Notes under the pieces: generated by a model
What the model was told of the DNA's origin: nothing
Databases searched by the model: none
What the model saw: only the letters and a program-made list of their open reading frames with translations
Made by a program: the position numbers and the translations under genes
From: an uncultured Clostridia bacterium
GTDB lineage: Bacteria > Bacillota > Clostridia > Oscillospirales > Ruminococcaceae
Direction: 5' to 3'
NCBI GenBank assembly: GCA_944387885.1
Contig: CALXGR010000005.1
Span: 1,149-65,148, forward strand
DNA length: 64,000 bases
Shown: positions 27,313 to 36,286 of the stretch, one piece after another
How the letters are laid out: the number at the start of each line of letters is the position of its first letter
How positions within the stretch are numbered: position 1 is the stretch's first letter

Positions 27313-28545
27313 TCAGTAATCGTTTCTCAGGTTTTTTCGCATACGCCGCCAGATATTGAATCCGGTCAGGGCCAGGGCCAGCACCAGGAGCACCGGCACC
27401 ATCCAGCCGCTTCCCCCTTCGTCGTAGCTCTTCATGTCGCTCCAGGCCATATCCATGGCGCTGTTGATTTCGTCAGGAAGGGTGACAAATACTTCCGTAT
27501 TGGCCATAACCTCATCACTGGGGTAAGCAATGGGACTGTACTTCATCTCATCATCCAGACGCTCCCACACCTCCTTAATGGGGGTGGAGTACCCGATGAA
27601 GTCAATGTTGGCCAGGCCTACATCCGGCTCGCACATATAGTTGATGAAGATTTCCGCTGCCTCCTTGTTCTTGGCATTGGCAGGAATGCACATGGCATCC
27701 ACAAAGTAGTTGGTTCCTTCCTCCGGGATCACAAAGTCCAGCTGGGGAGATTCGTCGATCATGGTGATTGCGTCCCCTGCGTAGTAGGGAGCCATGGCAG
27801 CTTCCCCGCCCGACATTTTGTCGAAAATCTCGTCCATTACATAGGCCTGGACTACATTTTTCTGGGCTTTCAGCTCCTGGGCAATGATTTCCACTTCCTC
27901 CACAGTCTGAGGGTTCAGGCTCATGCCCAGCTTCTTGGCGCCAATGGCAAAGGCATCCCGGCTGTTGTTGAACATGAGGATGTTTCCCGCATACTCTACA
28001 TCCCAGAGGGCATCCCAGCTGGTGGGGGCCTCCTCCACCATTTCGGTGTTGTAGATGATTCCCACGGTGCCCCAGGTGTAAGGTACGCTGTACTCATCCT
28101 GGGGGTCATAGGCCATGCCGGTGTAGCTCTCCCCGATTTTGGAGAAGTTGGGGATGTTCTCCTTATTCAAAGGGGCCAGCATCCCCTCCTGAATCATCTT
28201 TCCGATCATGTAATCGGAGGGAACGATCACATCGTAGGTGGCGCCGCCGCTTTTCAGCTTGGCATAAAGGCTCTCGTTGCTGTCAAAGGTGGTGTAATTC
28301 ACCTTGATTCCGGTAAGGTCCTCAAAGGCGGAGAGAACGTCGATGCTGTCATCGCTGCCGTCCGAAATATAGAGACCCCAGTTATACACATAAAGGGTGA
28401 TATTCTGGTCGGCCAGCCGGTCCCAGTCATAATCTGCGGACACGCTGATATCATCGGTGACCTGAATCATCTCCTGAGCGCTGGCGCCCAGAGCCAGGGT
28501 CAGAGCCACCATTGTCCAGACGACTACTGCAAAAAGTTTTTTCAT
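27313..28545 (-). CDS. potD: spermidine/putrescine ABC transporter substrate-binding protein with an N-terminal signal peptide and a C-terminal TM anchor
   Basis: 410 aa. The PotD-like body includes YDVIVPSDYMIGKMI. There is no lipobox cysteine. The C-terminus reads WMVPVLLVLALALTGFNIW followed by RRMRKNLR. Confidence 0.85.
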   Translation of the reverse strand: MKKLFAVVVWTMVALTLALGASAQEMIQVTDDISVSADYDWDRLADQNITLYVYNWGLYISDGSDDSIDVLSAFEDLTGIKVNYTTFDSNESLYAKLKSGGATYDVIVPSDYMIGKMIQEGMLAPLNKENIPNFSKIGESYTGMAYDPQDEYSVPYTWGTVGIIYNTEMVEEAPTSWDALWDVEYAGNILMFNNSRDAFAIGAKKLGMSLNPQTVEEVEIIAQELKAQKNVVQAYVMDEIFDKMSGGEAAMAPYYAGDAITMIDESPQLDFVIPEEGTNYFVDAMCIPANAKNKEAAEIFINYMCEPDVGLANIDFIGYSTPIKEVWERLDDEMKYSPIAYPSDEVMANTEVFVTLPDEINSAMDMAWSDMKSYDEGGSGWMVPVLLVLALALTGFNIWRRMRKNLRNDY

Positions 28546-28557
28546 CCTCTTCCCTCC

Positions 28558-29400
28558 TTAAATCCGGCGCTGATCCCGCTTGTACTGCCGGGACTCTCTG
28601 GCATTGCTGATAAGGATAATGCTCAGAATCACCAGGAACATAATGGCGGACAGGGCATTGATTTCAGGGCTGACCTTTTTCCGGGTCATGCTGTAAATGG
28701 CAATGGGGAGGGTCTGCAAAGTGCCGCAGTTAAAGTAGGAGATGATGAAATCATCAATGGAGTAGGTAATGCAGATAAGGAATGCGGAAAGGATGGCCGG
28801 GGTAAGCTGAGGCATGACCACCTTGAAGAAGGCCTGCCGGTGGTCACAGCCCAGGTCCAGGGCCGCCTCGTAGATACGGGTGTCCAGCTGCCGCAGTTTG
28901 GGGCTTACATTGAAAATCACATAGGGCAGGTTGAAGGTGATATGACTGATAAGGAGGGTGGGCATTCCGAACAGGCTGTCAGGCAGAGGAATCCCCATTC
29001 CGTTGAGAACGGTGACCGCAGTATTGTAGCCCACAAACAGAAGCATAAGGGAAACGCCGGTGATGATTTCCGGGTTGACTACCGGAATATAGCTGATGTT
29101 CTCAATGACCAGCCGGCTTTTCTTTCCCATGCCGTTGATTCCGATGGCTGCCATGGTTCCCAGAACCGTAGCCACCACGCTGGAAATCACAGCCACCAGA
29201 AGGCTGAGGGCCAGAGCCTCCAGAATCATCTCATTGCTGAACAGGCTTTTGTACCAGCTCAGGGTAAAACCGGTAAAATTGGAGCGGCTTTTGCTTTCGT
29301 TAAAGCTGAAAGCGATCATCACTCCGATGGGCAGATACATGAATCCCATCAGAAGAATCACATAGGCCCGCTGCAGGGTGCGCCAATGTTTGGTTTTCAT
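28558..29400 (-). CDS. potC: spermidine/putrescine ABC transporter permease
   Basis: 280 aa, 6 TM helices, EAA loop YEAALDLGCDHRQAFFKVVMP. Confidence 0.88.
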   Translation of the reverse strand: MKTKHWRTLQRAYVILLMGFMYLPIGVMIAFSFNESKSRSNFTGFTLSWYKSLFSNEMILEALALSLLVAVISSVVATVLGTMAAIGINGMGKKSRLVIENISYIPVVNPEIITGVSLMLLFVGYNTAVTVLNGMGIPLPDSLFGMPTLLISHITFNLPYVIFNVSPKLRQLDTRIYEAALDLGCDHRQAFFKVVMPQLTPAILSAFLICITYSIDDFIISYFNCGTLQTLPIAIYSMTRKKVSPEINALSAIMFLVILSIILISNARESRQYKRDQRRI

Positions 29401-30215
29401 TACATGGCCCCCCCTTCCAGTCCTTCTTCATCGAAGGTGTTGGTAAAGCTCATGCAGAGCAGAACGATCACCATAAGAACCAGGCTCATGGCTGCGCCCA
29501 GGTTGAAGTTATAGCTGTTCCCCAGGAACTGAAGTTCGATCAGGTCGCCAATGAGCAGGTTGGAACCGCCGCCCAGCATCCGGCTGATAATGAAGGTAGA
29601 CACGCTGGGCACAAAAACCATGGTGATTCCAGTGGCAATGCCGGGAGAAGCCATGGGGATAAGCACCTTGGTCAGGGTTCCCCAGCTGGAAGCTCCCAGA
29701 TCCTGGGCTGCCTCAATGACACTGTCCTCGATTTTGGTCATGGCAGTGTAGAGAGGAAGAATCATGTAGGGCAGGTAGTTATACACCATGCCCAGCACCA
29801 CAGCCCCCGAGGTGTTGATCATATTGAAGGGGCCAATTCCAAACAGTCCCAGAAATTTATTGATGAGGCCGTTGTTTTCCAGAAGGCTCATCCAGGCGTA
29901 GGTCCGGAGCAGGAAGTTCATCCACATGGGCAGCATGATCAGCATCAGCATGGTATGCTGCTTGGAGGAACGGAGCCGGCTGAGGAAATATCCCAGAGGA
30001 AACGCCAGAATCAGGCAGATAACGGTAGCCTCGGCCGCCAGAATCAGGCTTCGGGCAAAGACGCTGCTGTACCGGCCGATGGTGGTCAGGTTGGAGAGGG
30101 TGAAAGCACCGGATTTATCGGTGAGGGCATACCCAATCACAATAAGGAGGGGCACCACCATAAAGATGACCATCCAGACCAGATAAGGGGCCGCCAGAGA
30201 TTTCTTCTTGATCAT
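29400..30215 (-). CDS. potB: spermidine/putrescine ABC transporter permease
   Basis: 271 aa, EAA loop IEAAQDLGASSWGTLTKVLIP. It overlaps potC by 1 nt. Confidence 0.88.
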   Translation of the reverse strand: MIKKKSLAAPYLVWMVIFMVVPLLIVIGYALTDKSGAFTLSNLTTIGRYSSVFARSLILAAEATVICLILAFPLGYFLSRLRSSKQHTMLMLIMLPMWMNFLLRTYAWMSLLENNGLINKFLGLFGIGPFNMINTSGAVVLGMVYNYLPYMILPLYTAMTKIEDSVIEAAQDLGASSWGTLTKVLIPMASPGIATGITMVFVPSVSTFIISRMLGGGSNLLIGDLIELQFLGNSYNFNLGAAMSLVLMVIVLLCMSFTNTFDEEGLEGGAM

Positions 30216-30218
30216 CCC

Positions 30219-31277
30219 TCAGCCCTCCTGACGCTCCATTATATGGATCTCGTCGGGGCCAATGCACATGCCGATGAGCTCTCCCGGCTGGCTGGCCTGG
30301 GTAGAATGAATGAGCCATTCCCGGCCTTCCACATCCACCCGCATTTCAAAGTGAACGCCCTTGAAGATGACTTCCTTTACCAGGCCGGCAATCTGGCCCT
30401 GGACCATGGGGACCACCTTCACATCCTCGGGGCGGACCACCACCTGCACGGGGGTGTTGGGCTTGAAGCCCTTATCCACGCAGCTGAATTCTTTGCCTGC
30501 AAACTCCACCAGGAAGTCCCGGATCATAATGCCGTCCAGAATGTTGGAGGCGCCGATAAAGTCGGCTACAAAGGCATTCTTAGGCTCGTTGTAAATATCC
30601 TCCGGGCTGCCGATCTGCTGGATATTGCCCTCGTTCATGACCACCACGGTGTCCGACATGGTGAGGGCTTCCTCCTGGTCATGGGTGACATACACAAAGG
30701 TAATATTCATTTCCCGCTGGAGCCGCTTCAGTTCCAGCTGCATTTCTTTCCGGAGTTTCAGGTCAAGGGCACCCAGGGGCTCGTCCAGCAGCAAAATCTT
30801 GGGCTGGTTTACCAGGCCCCGGGCAATGGCCACCCGCTGCTGCTGACCGCCGGACATGGTGGCGATATTCCGCCGCTCATATCCTTTCAGACCCACTACC
30901 TCCAGCATTTCCAATACCTTGGAACGGATCTCGTTCTCGGGCAGCTTTTTCAGCCGGAGACCAAAGGCCACATTTTCAAACACATTAAGATGGGGGAACA
31001 GGGCGTATTTCTGGAACACGGTGTTCACCTGCCGCTTGTAAGGCGGCAGCCCTGCAATGTCCTTCCCATCAAAAAAGATATTGCCCGATTTCGGCTCGAT
31101 AAATCCGGCAATGACCCGGAGTGTGGTGGTTTTCCCGCAGCCGGAGGGCCCCAGGAAGGTCACAAACTCCTTGTCGTGGATATCGAGGCTGAGCCCATCC
31201 AGAATCCGGGCCCCGTCGAAATCGACTACAATGTCTTTCAGCGAAACGATTACATTATTTTCCATATTATTATGCAT
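30219..31277 (-). CDS. potA: spermidine/putrescine ABC transporter ATP-binding protein
   Basis: 352 aa. Walker [10 protein letters not shown], signature MSGGQQQRV, Walker B LLLDEP, and a TOBE-like C-terminus. An alternative start is the ATG at 31265 (MENNVIV). Confidence 0.92.
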   Translation of the reverse strand: MHNNMENNVIVSLKDIVVDFDGARILDGLSLDIHDKEFVTFLGPSGCGKTTTLRVIAGFIEPKSGNIFFDGKDIAGLPPYKRQVNTVFQKYALFPHLNVFENVAFGLRLKKLPENEIRSKVLEMLEVVGLKGYERRNIATMSGGQQQRVAIARGLVNQPKILLLDEPLGALDLKLRKEMQLELKRLQREMNITFVYVTHDQEEALTMSDTVVVMNEGNIQQIGSPEDIYNEPKNAFVADFIGASNILDGIMIRDFLVEFAGKEFSCVDKGFKPNTPVQVVVRPEDVKVVPMVQGQIAGLVKEVIFKGVHFEMRVDVEGREWLIHSTQASQPGELIGMCIGPDEIHIMERQEG

Positions 31278-31442
31278 CCCCTTTGCGGAAATTTCCCGTG
31301 GCTCTTACCCACGAGTCAGCGCCTATTATGCCACCCCGCAAAGGTTTGTTACACTCTTCCCCAGAGGGAACAGCTACAGCGGCACATACAACGCCAATGT
31401 GTAAGAGGCAGGCTATTGCCTGCCTCTTAGATGCAACACACA
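31278..31442 (-). promoter_or_regulatory. structured 5' leader of potABCD with a long-range helix that sequesters the Shine-Dalgarno
   Basis: On the minus-strand RNA there is a 12-bp hairpin (plus coordinates 31402-31429). CCUUUGCGG (plus 31344-31336) then pairs with CCGCAAAGG (plus 31288-31280), which overlaps the AAAGGGG SD directly in front of the start codon. Confidence 0.45.
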
Positions 31443-31448
31443 GAGTAT

Positions 31449-31478
31449 ACTATAAAGGATACTGCCCCTTCCCGTCAA
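31449..31478 (-). promoter_or_regulatory. sigma-A-like promoter of potABCD (TTGACG-18-TATAGT)
   Basis: -35 at 31478-31473 and -10 at 31454-31449 on the minus strand. Confidence 0.5.
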
Positions 31479-31523
31479 TAGTTCAGGGGAAAAACAATAC
31501 GGTTTTTACTGAGATTTTATTTT

Positions 31524-32657
31524 TTATACCTCAGCGTAAAATTTCAGTACCGATTCAATCACCTTGTCCTGGTCCTTGGCATCCAGCTTATAGTACAAAG
31601 GCAGCCGGACCAGCCGCTCGCTTTCAGCGGTGGTGTACCGGTCCTCCCCATGGAACCGGCCGAACTTGAGACCGGCAGGGGCAGAGTGAAGGGGTACATA
31701 ATGGAATACCGCCAGAACCCCCTGCTCTTTCAGATAGGAGATCAGGGCAGTCCGCTCCTGAAGATTCTTGCACTTCAGATAGTACATGTGAGCATTATGG
31801 ACACAGCCCTCGGGAATGGTGGGCAGTTCTGCCTTCCCTGCCTGTTTCAGGCTCTGGAATGCCTGGTTATACCGGTTCCAGCTGTTCAGACGGTCCTGGT
31901 TGATTTGGTCTGCCATCTCCAGTTGGGCATAGAGATAAGCCGCATTCAGTTCGCTGGGAAGGTAGCTGTCTCCAAAGTCCACCCAGGTGTACTTGTCCAC
32001 CTGTCCCCGGAAGAACTTGGACCGGTTGGTTCCCTTCTCCCGAAGGATCTCTGCCCGCTCGTTGTAGGCGGGGTTGTTGATGATCAGTGCGCCGCCCTCG
32101 CCCATAGAGTAGTTTTTGGTCTCATGGAAGGAGTAGCATCCAAAGTCACCGATGGTTCCAAGAGGCTTGCCCTTATAGCTGCTCATAACGCCCTGGGCCG
32201 CATCCTCCACCACCATAAGCCCATGGCGGCGAGCAATGTCCATAATGGTGTCCATCTCACAGGCAACACCGGCGTAATGCATGGCAATGATCACCTTGGT
32301 CTTGGGGGTAATGGCCTCCTCGATTTTGGTCTCATCGATGTTCATGGTATCCGGGCGGATGTCCACAAAGACCAGTCTGGCCCCAGCCAGCACAGCGGCG
32401 GTGGCCGTGCTGCTGAAAGTATAGCTGGGCAGGATCACTTCGTCCCCCGGCTTAAGGTCACACAACAGCATGGCCATATCCAGAGCAGTAGTGCCGCTGG
32501 TGGTCAGCAGAGCTTTCTGTGCGTGAAAGTTTTCCTCCAACCAAGCATTGCACTTTTTAGTAAAAGGACCATCCCCACAGATTTTCCGGTTTTCTACCGC
32601 CTGTTTCATGTAGTCCATTTCTTTTCCCACATAGGGAGGCACATTGAAAGCAATCAT
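31524..32657 (-). CDS. wecE: DegT/DnrJ/EryC1-family aminotransferase, WecE-like dTDP-4-amino-4,6-dideoxyhexose transaminase
   Basis: 377 aa. The N-terminus MIAFNVPPYVGKEMDYMKQAVENRKICGDGPFTKKCNAWLEE...GDEVILPSYTFSSTATA...VFVDIRPDTMNIDE closely parallels E. coli WecE/RffA as I recall it. Confidence 0.8.
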   Translation of the reverse strand: MIAFNVPPYVGKEMDYMKQAVENRKICGDGPFTKKCNAWLEENFHAQKALLTTSGTTALDMAMLLCDLKPGDEVILPSYTFSSTATAAVLAGARLVFVDIRPDTMNIDETKIEEAITPKTKVIIAMHYAGVACEMDTIMDIARRHGLMVVEDAAQGVMSSYKGKPLGTIGDFGCYSFHETKNYSMGEGGALIINNPAYNERAEILREKGTNRSKFFRGQVDKYTWVDFGDSYLPSELNAAYLYAQLEMADQINQDRLNSWNRYNQAFQSLKQAGKAELPTIPEGCVHNAHMYYLKCKNLQERTALISYLKEQGVLAVFHYVPLHSAPAGLKFGRFHGEDRYTTAESERLVRLPLYYKLDAKDQDKVIESVLKFYAEV

Positions 32658-32728
32658 TTTTTATCCTCTTTTCCGCTTATGTTCACCATAGCATGGTGAT
32701 TTTAAATAGGGTCAAGCGCTCTCCTGCA

Positions 32729-34795
32729 TCAAAGGCGCTGTGCTATGACTTTCAGCTTTCCTTCCTGCCGGAACAGGATCTGGGCCTGTACTTTGTTCCA
32801 ATGATAGTCCTCCACCGGGATTCCCACCTGGAACTCCACCGCCCCGTTCTTATATTCAGGAAGGATTTTGAAGCATTCTGTATTTCCGTTTTCATCAAAC
32901 AGTCTGAGGTAATAGCCCCCGTCTCCGAAGTCCTGTTCCCAGGTTCCGCTCAGCCAGACCAGGTCTTCTTCTGCAGGATACATTTCCCAAATGTCCAAGG
33001 CTATGGCGTTTTCCTGAGGAGCCTCCACATTCAGGGAATCATCTGCAAATCCAATGAGATATCCATACCATCCTATCCGGGTACAGATAGACCAGTTGGA
33101 GCGGTTCATTTCCTCCGAATAAAGATTTTCCAGGTATTGGAATGTATCTCCTGTTCTGTACTGGTCCATTAAAAACAGTTTATCATGGGTGAACAAGTCA
33201 TGGTAAAGGTCTTGAATTCCTGCGTTTTCCAGCTGTTGCAGATAAACAGGATGATTGATCAGCCATCCTCCTGTATAGATAAATCTGCTCATGCTTTCTG
33301 CCGGAAGGGTATTCAATCCCTCAAACCCCAGGTAGAGCATCAAATAATTATTGCAGCATATATCGGTGAGATAATAGTAATTTTTCTCTCCCAATGCCTG
33401 CAGATCCGCTTCTGTTTCCAGCCCTTCCACAAAATCCTCATAATCCAGGCTGGCCTGGTATTCCTTATTTCCAACAAACAAAAAGTACAGTTCGCGGTTT
33501 TGGATCCCAACCAGAAGGACTGACCACACCAAAATTGCACAGCAAATCAAAACCGGTCTTTTTGACTTTCGGTCTGAAGCTGCCCAAAGCAGGTAGAGCG
33601 CTGCCACTGTGCAGATAGATTCCATTACCCGCTCCGGATTTCTTCCCCCAAAGGCAAGGTACCAGTTAAGCCCCAACAACATTCCAACCTGCCAGAGTAT
33701 CAGGAACCATCGTCTCTTTTTTGGCAAAACCAGCGCCAGCAGCAGGCAGATCAGTGCATTGCCGAAAGTACGGTTCTCCACAAGGAGTTCCAAAGTCTGG
33801 CGAAAGCTCTCCCCATTAAATGTTTGCAGGGCGCCTTTACTGCTTTGAGTGTCATCTGTCTTCTGGCTCCGCTGTACACTATACATTTCCTGGATCGTTT
33901 CCAGGCCCAGATAATTTGGGTCATAGTACCCCATCTGTTTGGTAAAAACTTCATAAGCCCAAGGCGAGATTCCAATGTCACTCAGTTCATCTTCTATTTT
34001 ACTTTTATCATCAGCAGGGTAGTCTACTACCGCTCCCCGTAAGCTGTTGAACTGTTCATAATACTGATTCTGGGGAGAATCCACCATATAGTCTATGGAT
34101 GCCAGTTCCAGAAGCAGCACTCCCAGGAACATAGCGCCAAACATCAGGAAATAATGTCTTTTACTTTTGAACAGTTCTCTCAATCCAAAGAATTTTTGTT
34201 TCCAGTCATGTCCTGCCAGCAATTCTGCCAGCCCCAGGCCTCCTGCCAGAGCGGTGACCATCCACCAGCTCATTCCCCGGATCATATATCCCATCCAGCA
34301 CAAGAGGATTCCGAATCCGGCGCCCACCCAGCGTTTCTCCGAAGCAGCCCAGGTCAGGAGCAGGTATCCCGCTCCTGCTGCAATGGCTGCCACCCGGGTA
34401 AAGTTGACCTCGACATAGAAAGAATACCCAAACATGACCGTAAAAGCCAGCCACAGCAGAGTTCCCTTTATCCAACCGCCTTTTTCTTTCAACGCCCAAA
34501 GAGCTGCTGCAAAAGAGAAAAGGACCGTCAGTTCCCAAACCACACCGATCCAGGAGGTTCCCGGATAGCTGTTGTACAGAGCCTGAAGGAGTTTTCCCAC
34601 AAAGTGGTGTACAAAGACCAGATACTCTGTGGATTCTCCAAAAACACCTGCCGCCAGGTTTCCCATGCTGAAATCATCATTGGTTTCCCACGCCGGAGGA
34701 AACAAAGTAGCGATGGCCGACGCCGCCAGAAAACTGATGGCGAGAACCGCCACTATCTCGAGCAGATTTTTTACAATTGAAGTTTCTTTTTTCAT
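32729..34795 (-). CDS. large polytopic membrane protein of unknown function; possible GT-C-fold glycosyltransferase or polymerase
   Basis: 688 aa. There are about 11-13 hydrophobic helices in two blocks, separated by a roughly 110-aa soluble loop, and a roughly 230-aa C-terminal soluble domain. An acidic motif (WETNDDF) follows TM1. Composition is AT-rich: 26/60 and 27/60 G+C in two lines I counted, against 38/60 in a neighbouring GT2 gene. Confidence 0.6.
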   Translation of the reverse strand: MKKETSIVKNLLEIVAVLAISFLAASAIATLFPPAWETNDDFSMGNLAAGVFGESTEYLVFVHHFVGKLLQALYNSYPGTSWIGVVWELTVLFSFAAALWALKEKGGWIKGTLLWLAFTVMFGYSFYVEVNFTRVAAIAAGAGYLLLTWAASEKRWVGAGFGILLCWMGYMIRGMSWWMVTALAGGLGLAELLAGHDWKQKFFGLRELFKSKRHYFLMFGAMFLGVLLLELASIDYMVDSPQNQYYEQFNSLRGAVVDYPADDKSKIEDELSDIGISPWAYEVFTKQMGYYDPNYLGLETIQEMYSVQRSQKTDDTQSSKGALQTFNGESFRQTLELLVENRTFGNALICLLLALVLPKKRRWFLILWQVGMLLGLNWYLAFGGRNPERVMESICTVAALYLLWAASDRKSKRPVLICCAILVWSVLLVGIQNRELYFLFVGNKEYQASLDYEDFVEGLETEADLQALGEKNYYYLTDICCNNYLMLYLGFEGLNTLPAESMSRFIYTGGWLINHPVYLQQLENAGIQDLYHDLFTHDKLFLMDQYRTGDTFQYLENLYSEEMNRSNWSICTRIGWYGYLIGFADDSLNVEAPQENAIALDIWEMYPAEEDLVWLSGTWEQDFGDGGYYLRLFDENGNTECFKILPEYKNGAVEFQVGIPVEDYHWNKVQAQILFRQEGKLKVIAQRL

Positions 34796-34811
34796 CTGGG
34801 CTTCTGACCCC

Positions 34812-36260
34812 TTACTTTTTCTTCTTATAGATAAAACCCTTTATCCATTCTGCCGGGAAATCGGGAAGCAGGGACAGATTTTTCCGATAGGCAAAAAGTT
34901 TGTATACATCATTATTCAAATCCAGACGTTCCAGATACTCCTTCCGGAAGCGGCTGGTATCTGCATAGGGTGCATCCAGGTGGAAGTCGGTGGTCTGCGT
35001 TTGGACCAGCTGCTTCAGCTGCTGCACATACCGCTCCCAGGTAATGACGCTGTCCACCATCACCTGCTCCCGACCGGCCCGATAGTCCGGGTCAGTGAGA
35101 AGGCGGTCTGCCTCTTTGAGCAGCTCTTCCGGGGTGTCAAACTCCACATTCAGCTTGTCCTGATTGAAAAGCATTCCGTCGGCTTCATGGTCATGCTTCA
35201 AAGTCAGGGGAGGCCGTCCCGCCAGAGCGGCATAGTTCATCATCATACCCCCGAACATGGGATAGGTATTCAGGTAGATGGTACAGGCCCGCAATACCTG
35301 GAACAGGTCCTTCCGTTCCGGAATGTGGTATACCCGGTCCGGATATTCCTGAGCCACTTTTTTCAGTTCGCTGTCATCTCCCCTGCCCGCATACAGGAAT
35401 ATGGTATCCGGGTGATTTTTCAAGAGCTCACGGACCATCCTGTAATAGGTAAGCTCCGGATCTCCCAGGGTCTTGTAAAGGTCGCCTCCGCTGAAAATCA
35501 CCTTTCGTCCCTCTGTTGGGAACGGAAATCCCTCAAAGGGGATGGTCTTGTCCACAGGTGAGCAGAAAGGCAGGGTAAGGATTCTCTCCTTGGGGATATC
35601 CCTGTAGTGCACCTCCACAGAGGCGGCTATTTCTCTGCCGGAGATACAGTAGTCCAGAGCATATCTGCCCAGCCAGAAAGCATGGTCCGTCAGGTCCATC
35701 TGATACCGGAGGACCCTGCCTTCCCAGCGGTCGAAAACCATGGTTCCCTCCACGTCATAAGGAAGAGTATAGAAGAAGGCTGCCTGAGGCCGATGGTCAC
35801 GGAAGGCCTGGTCCAGGGCCAGAAGACTGGCCAGCCGTCCCTTTTCTGTGGGCAGATAAACCCACTCCACATCTTTTCCCTGGACTGCTGCCGAAAGGCG
35901 GGGCTGCTGTCCCCGGGCATGACCCACGGTAACATAAGTCACCTGAAAGCCCGCTTCCGCCAAAGCCTTCATCAGGACCAGCACCAGCCCCCGGCCATCG
36001 AATCCATAACCATCGTAAAACAGGACCCGGTGAATTTCCTCTTTATCCTTTTCTGCAGCAGGAGGGTCAGGCAGTGCCTTTTTAGCCAACTCCAGCGCCA
36101 TATCCTCCAGCTCCCGGTCCAGGTAGATCTGGTTGGTGTGATAGAGGATCTCTGCTGCCACTGAGATAGCCGCCATGGATTTTTCAATATTTCCCTTTTT
36201 CATGGCCTGTGCCGCCGTTTTTTTCAGACGGCTCACCACCGGCATTTCCGTGTAGTTCAT
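34812..36260 (-). CDS. hypothetical protein, probable GT-B-fold glycosyltransferase (GT41/SPINDLY-like C-terminal half)
   Basis: I prefer the ATG at 36260 (AGGAAGGA 6 nt upstream) over the TTG at 36278. The C-terminal half (RKVIFSGGDLYKTLGDPELTYYRMVRELLKNHPDTIFLYAGRG...YLNTYPMFGGMMMNYAAL) resembles the acceptor/donor halves of COG3914-type transferases. This is a weak call. Confidence 0.5.
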   Translation of the reverse strand: MNYTEMPVVSRLKKTAAQAMKKGNIEKSMAAISVAAEILYHTNQIYLDRELEDMALELAKKALPDPPAAEKDKEEIHRVLFYDGYGFDGRGLVLVLMKALAEAGFQVTYVTVGHARGQQPRLSAAVQGKDVEWVYLPTEKGRLASLLALDQAFRDHRPQAAFFYTLPYDVEGTMVFDRWEGRVLRYQMDLTDHAFWLGRYALDYCISGREIAASVEVHYRDIPKERILTLPFCSPVDKTIPFEGFPFPTEGRKVIFSGGDLYKTLGDPELTYYRMVRELLKNHPDTIFLYAGRGDDSELKKVAQEYPDRVYHIPERKDLFQVLRACTIYLNTYPMFGGMMMNYAALAGRPPLTLKHDHEADGMLFNQDKLNVEFDTPEELLKEADRLLTDPDYRAGREQVMVDSVITWERYVQQLKQLVQTQTTDFHLDAPYADTSRFRKEYLERLDLNNDVYKLFAYRKNLSLLPDFPAEWIKGFIYKKKK

Positions 36261-36286
36261 GGTTTTTCCTTCCTGCAATAAAAGAT

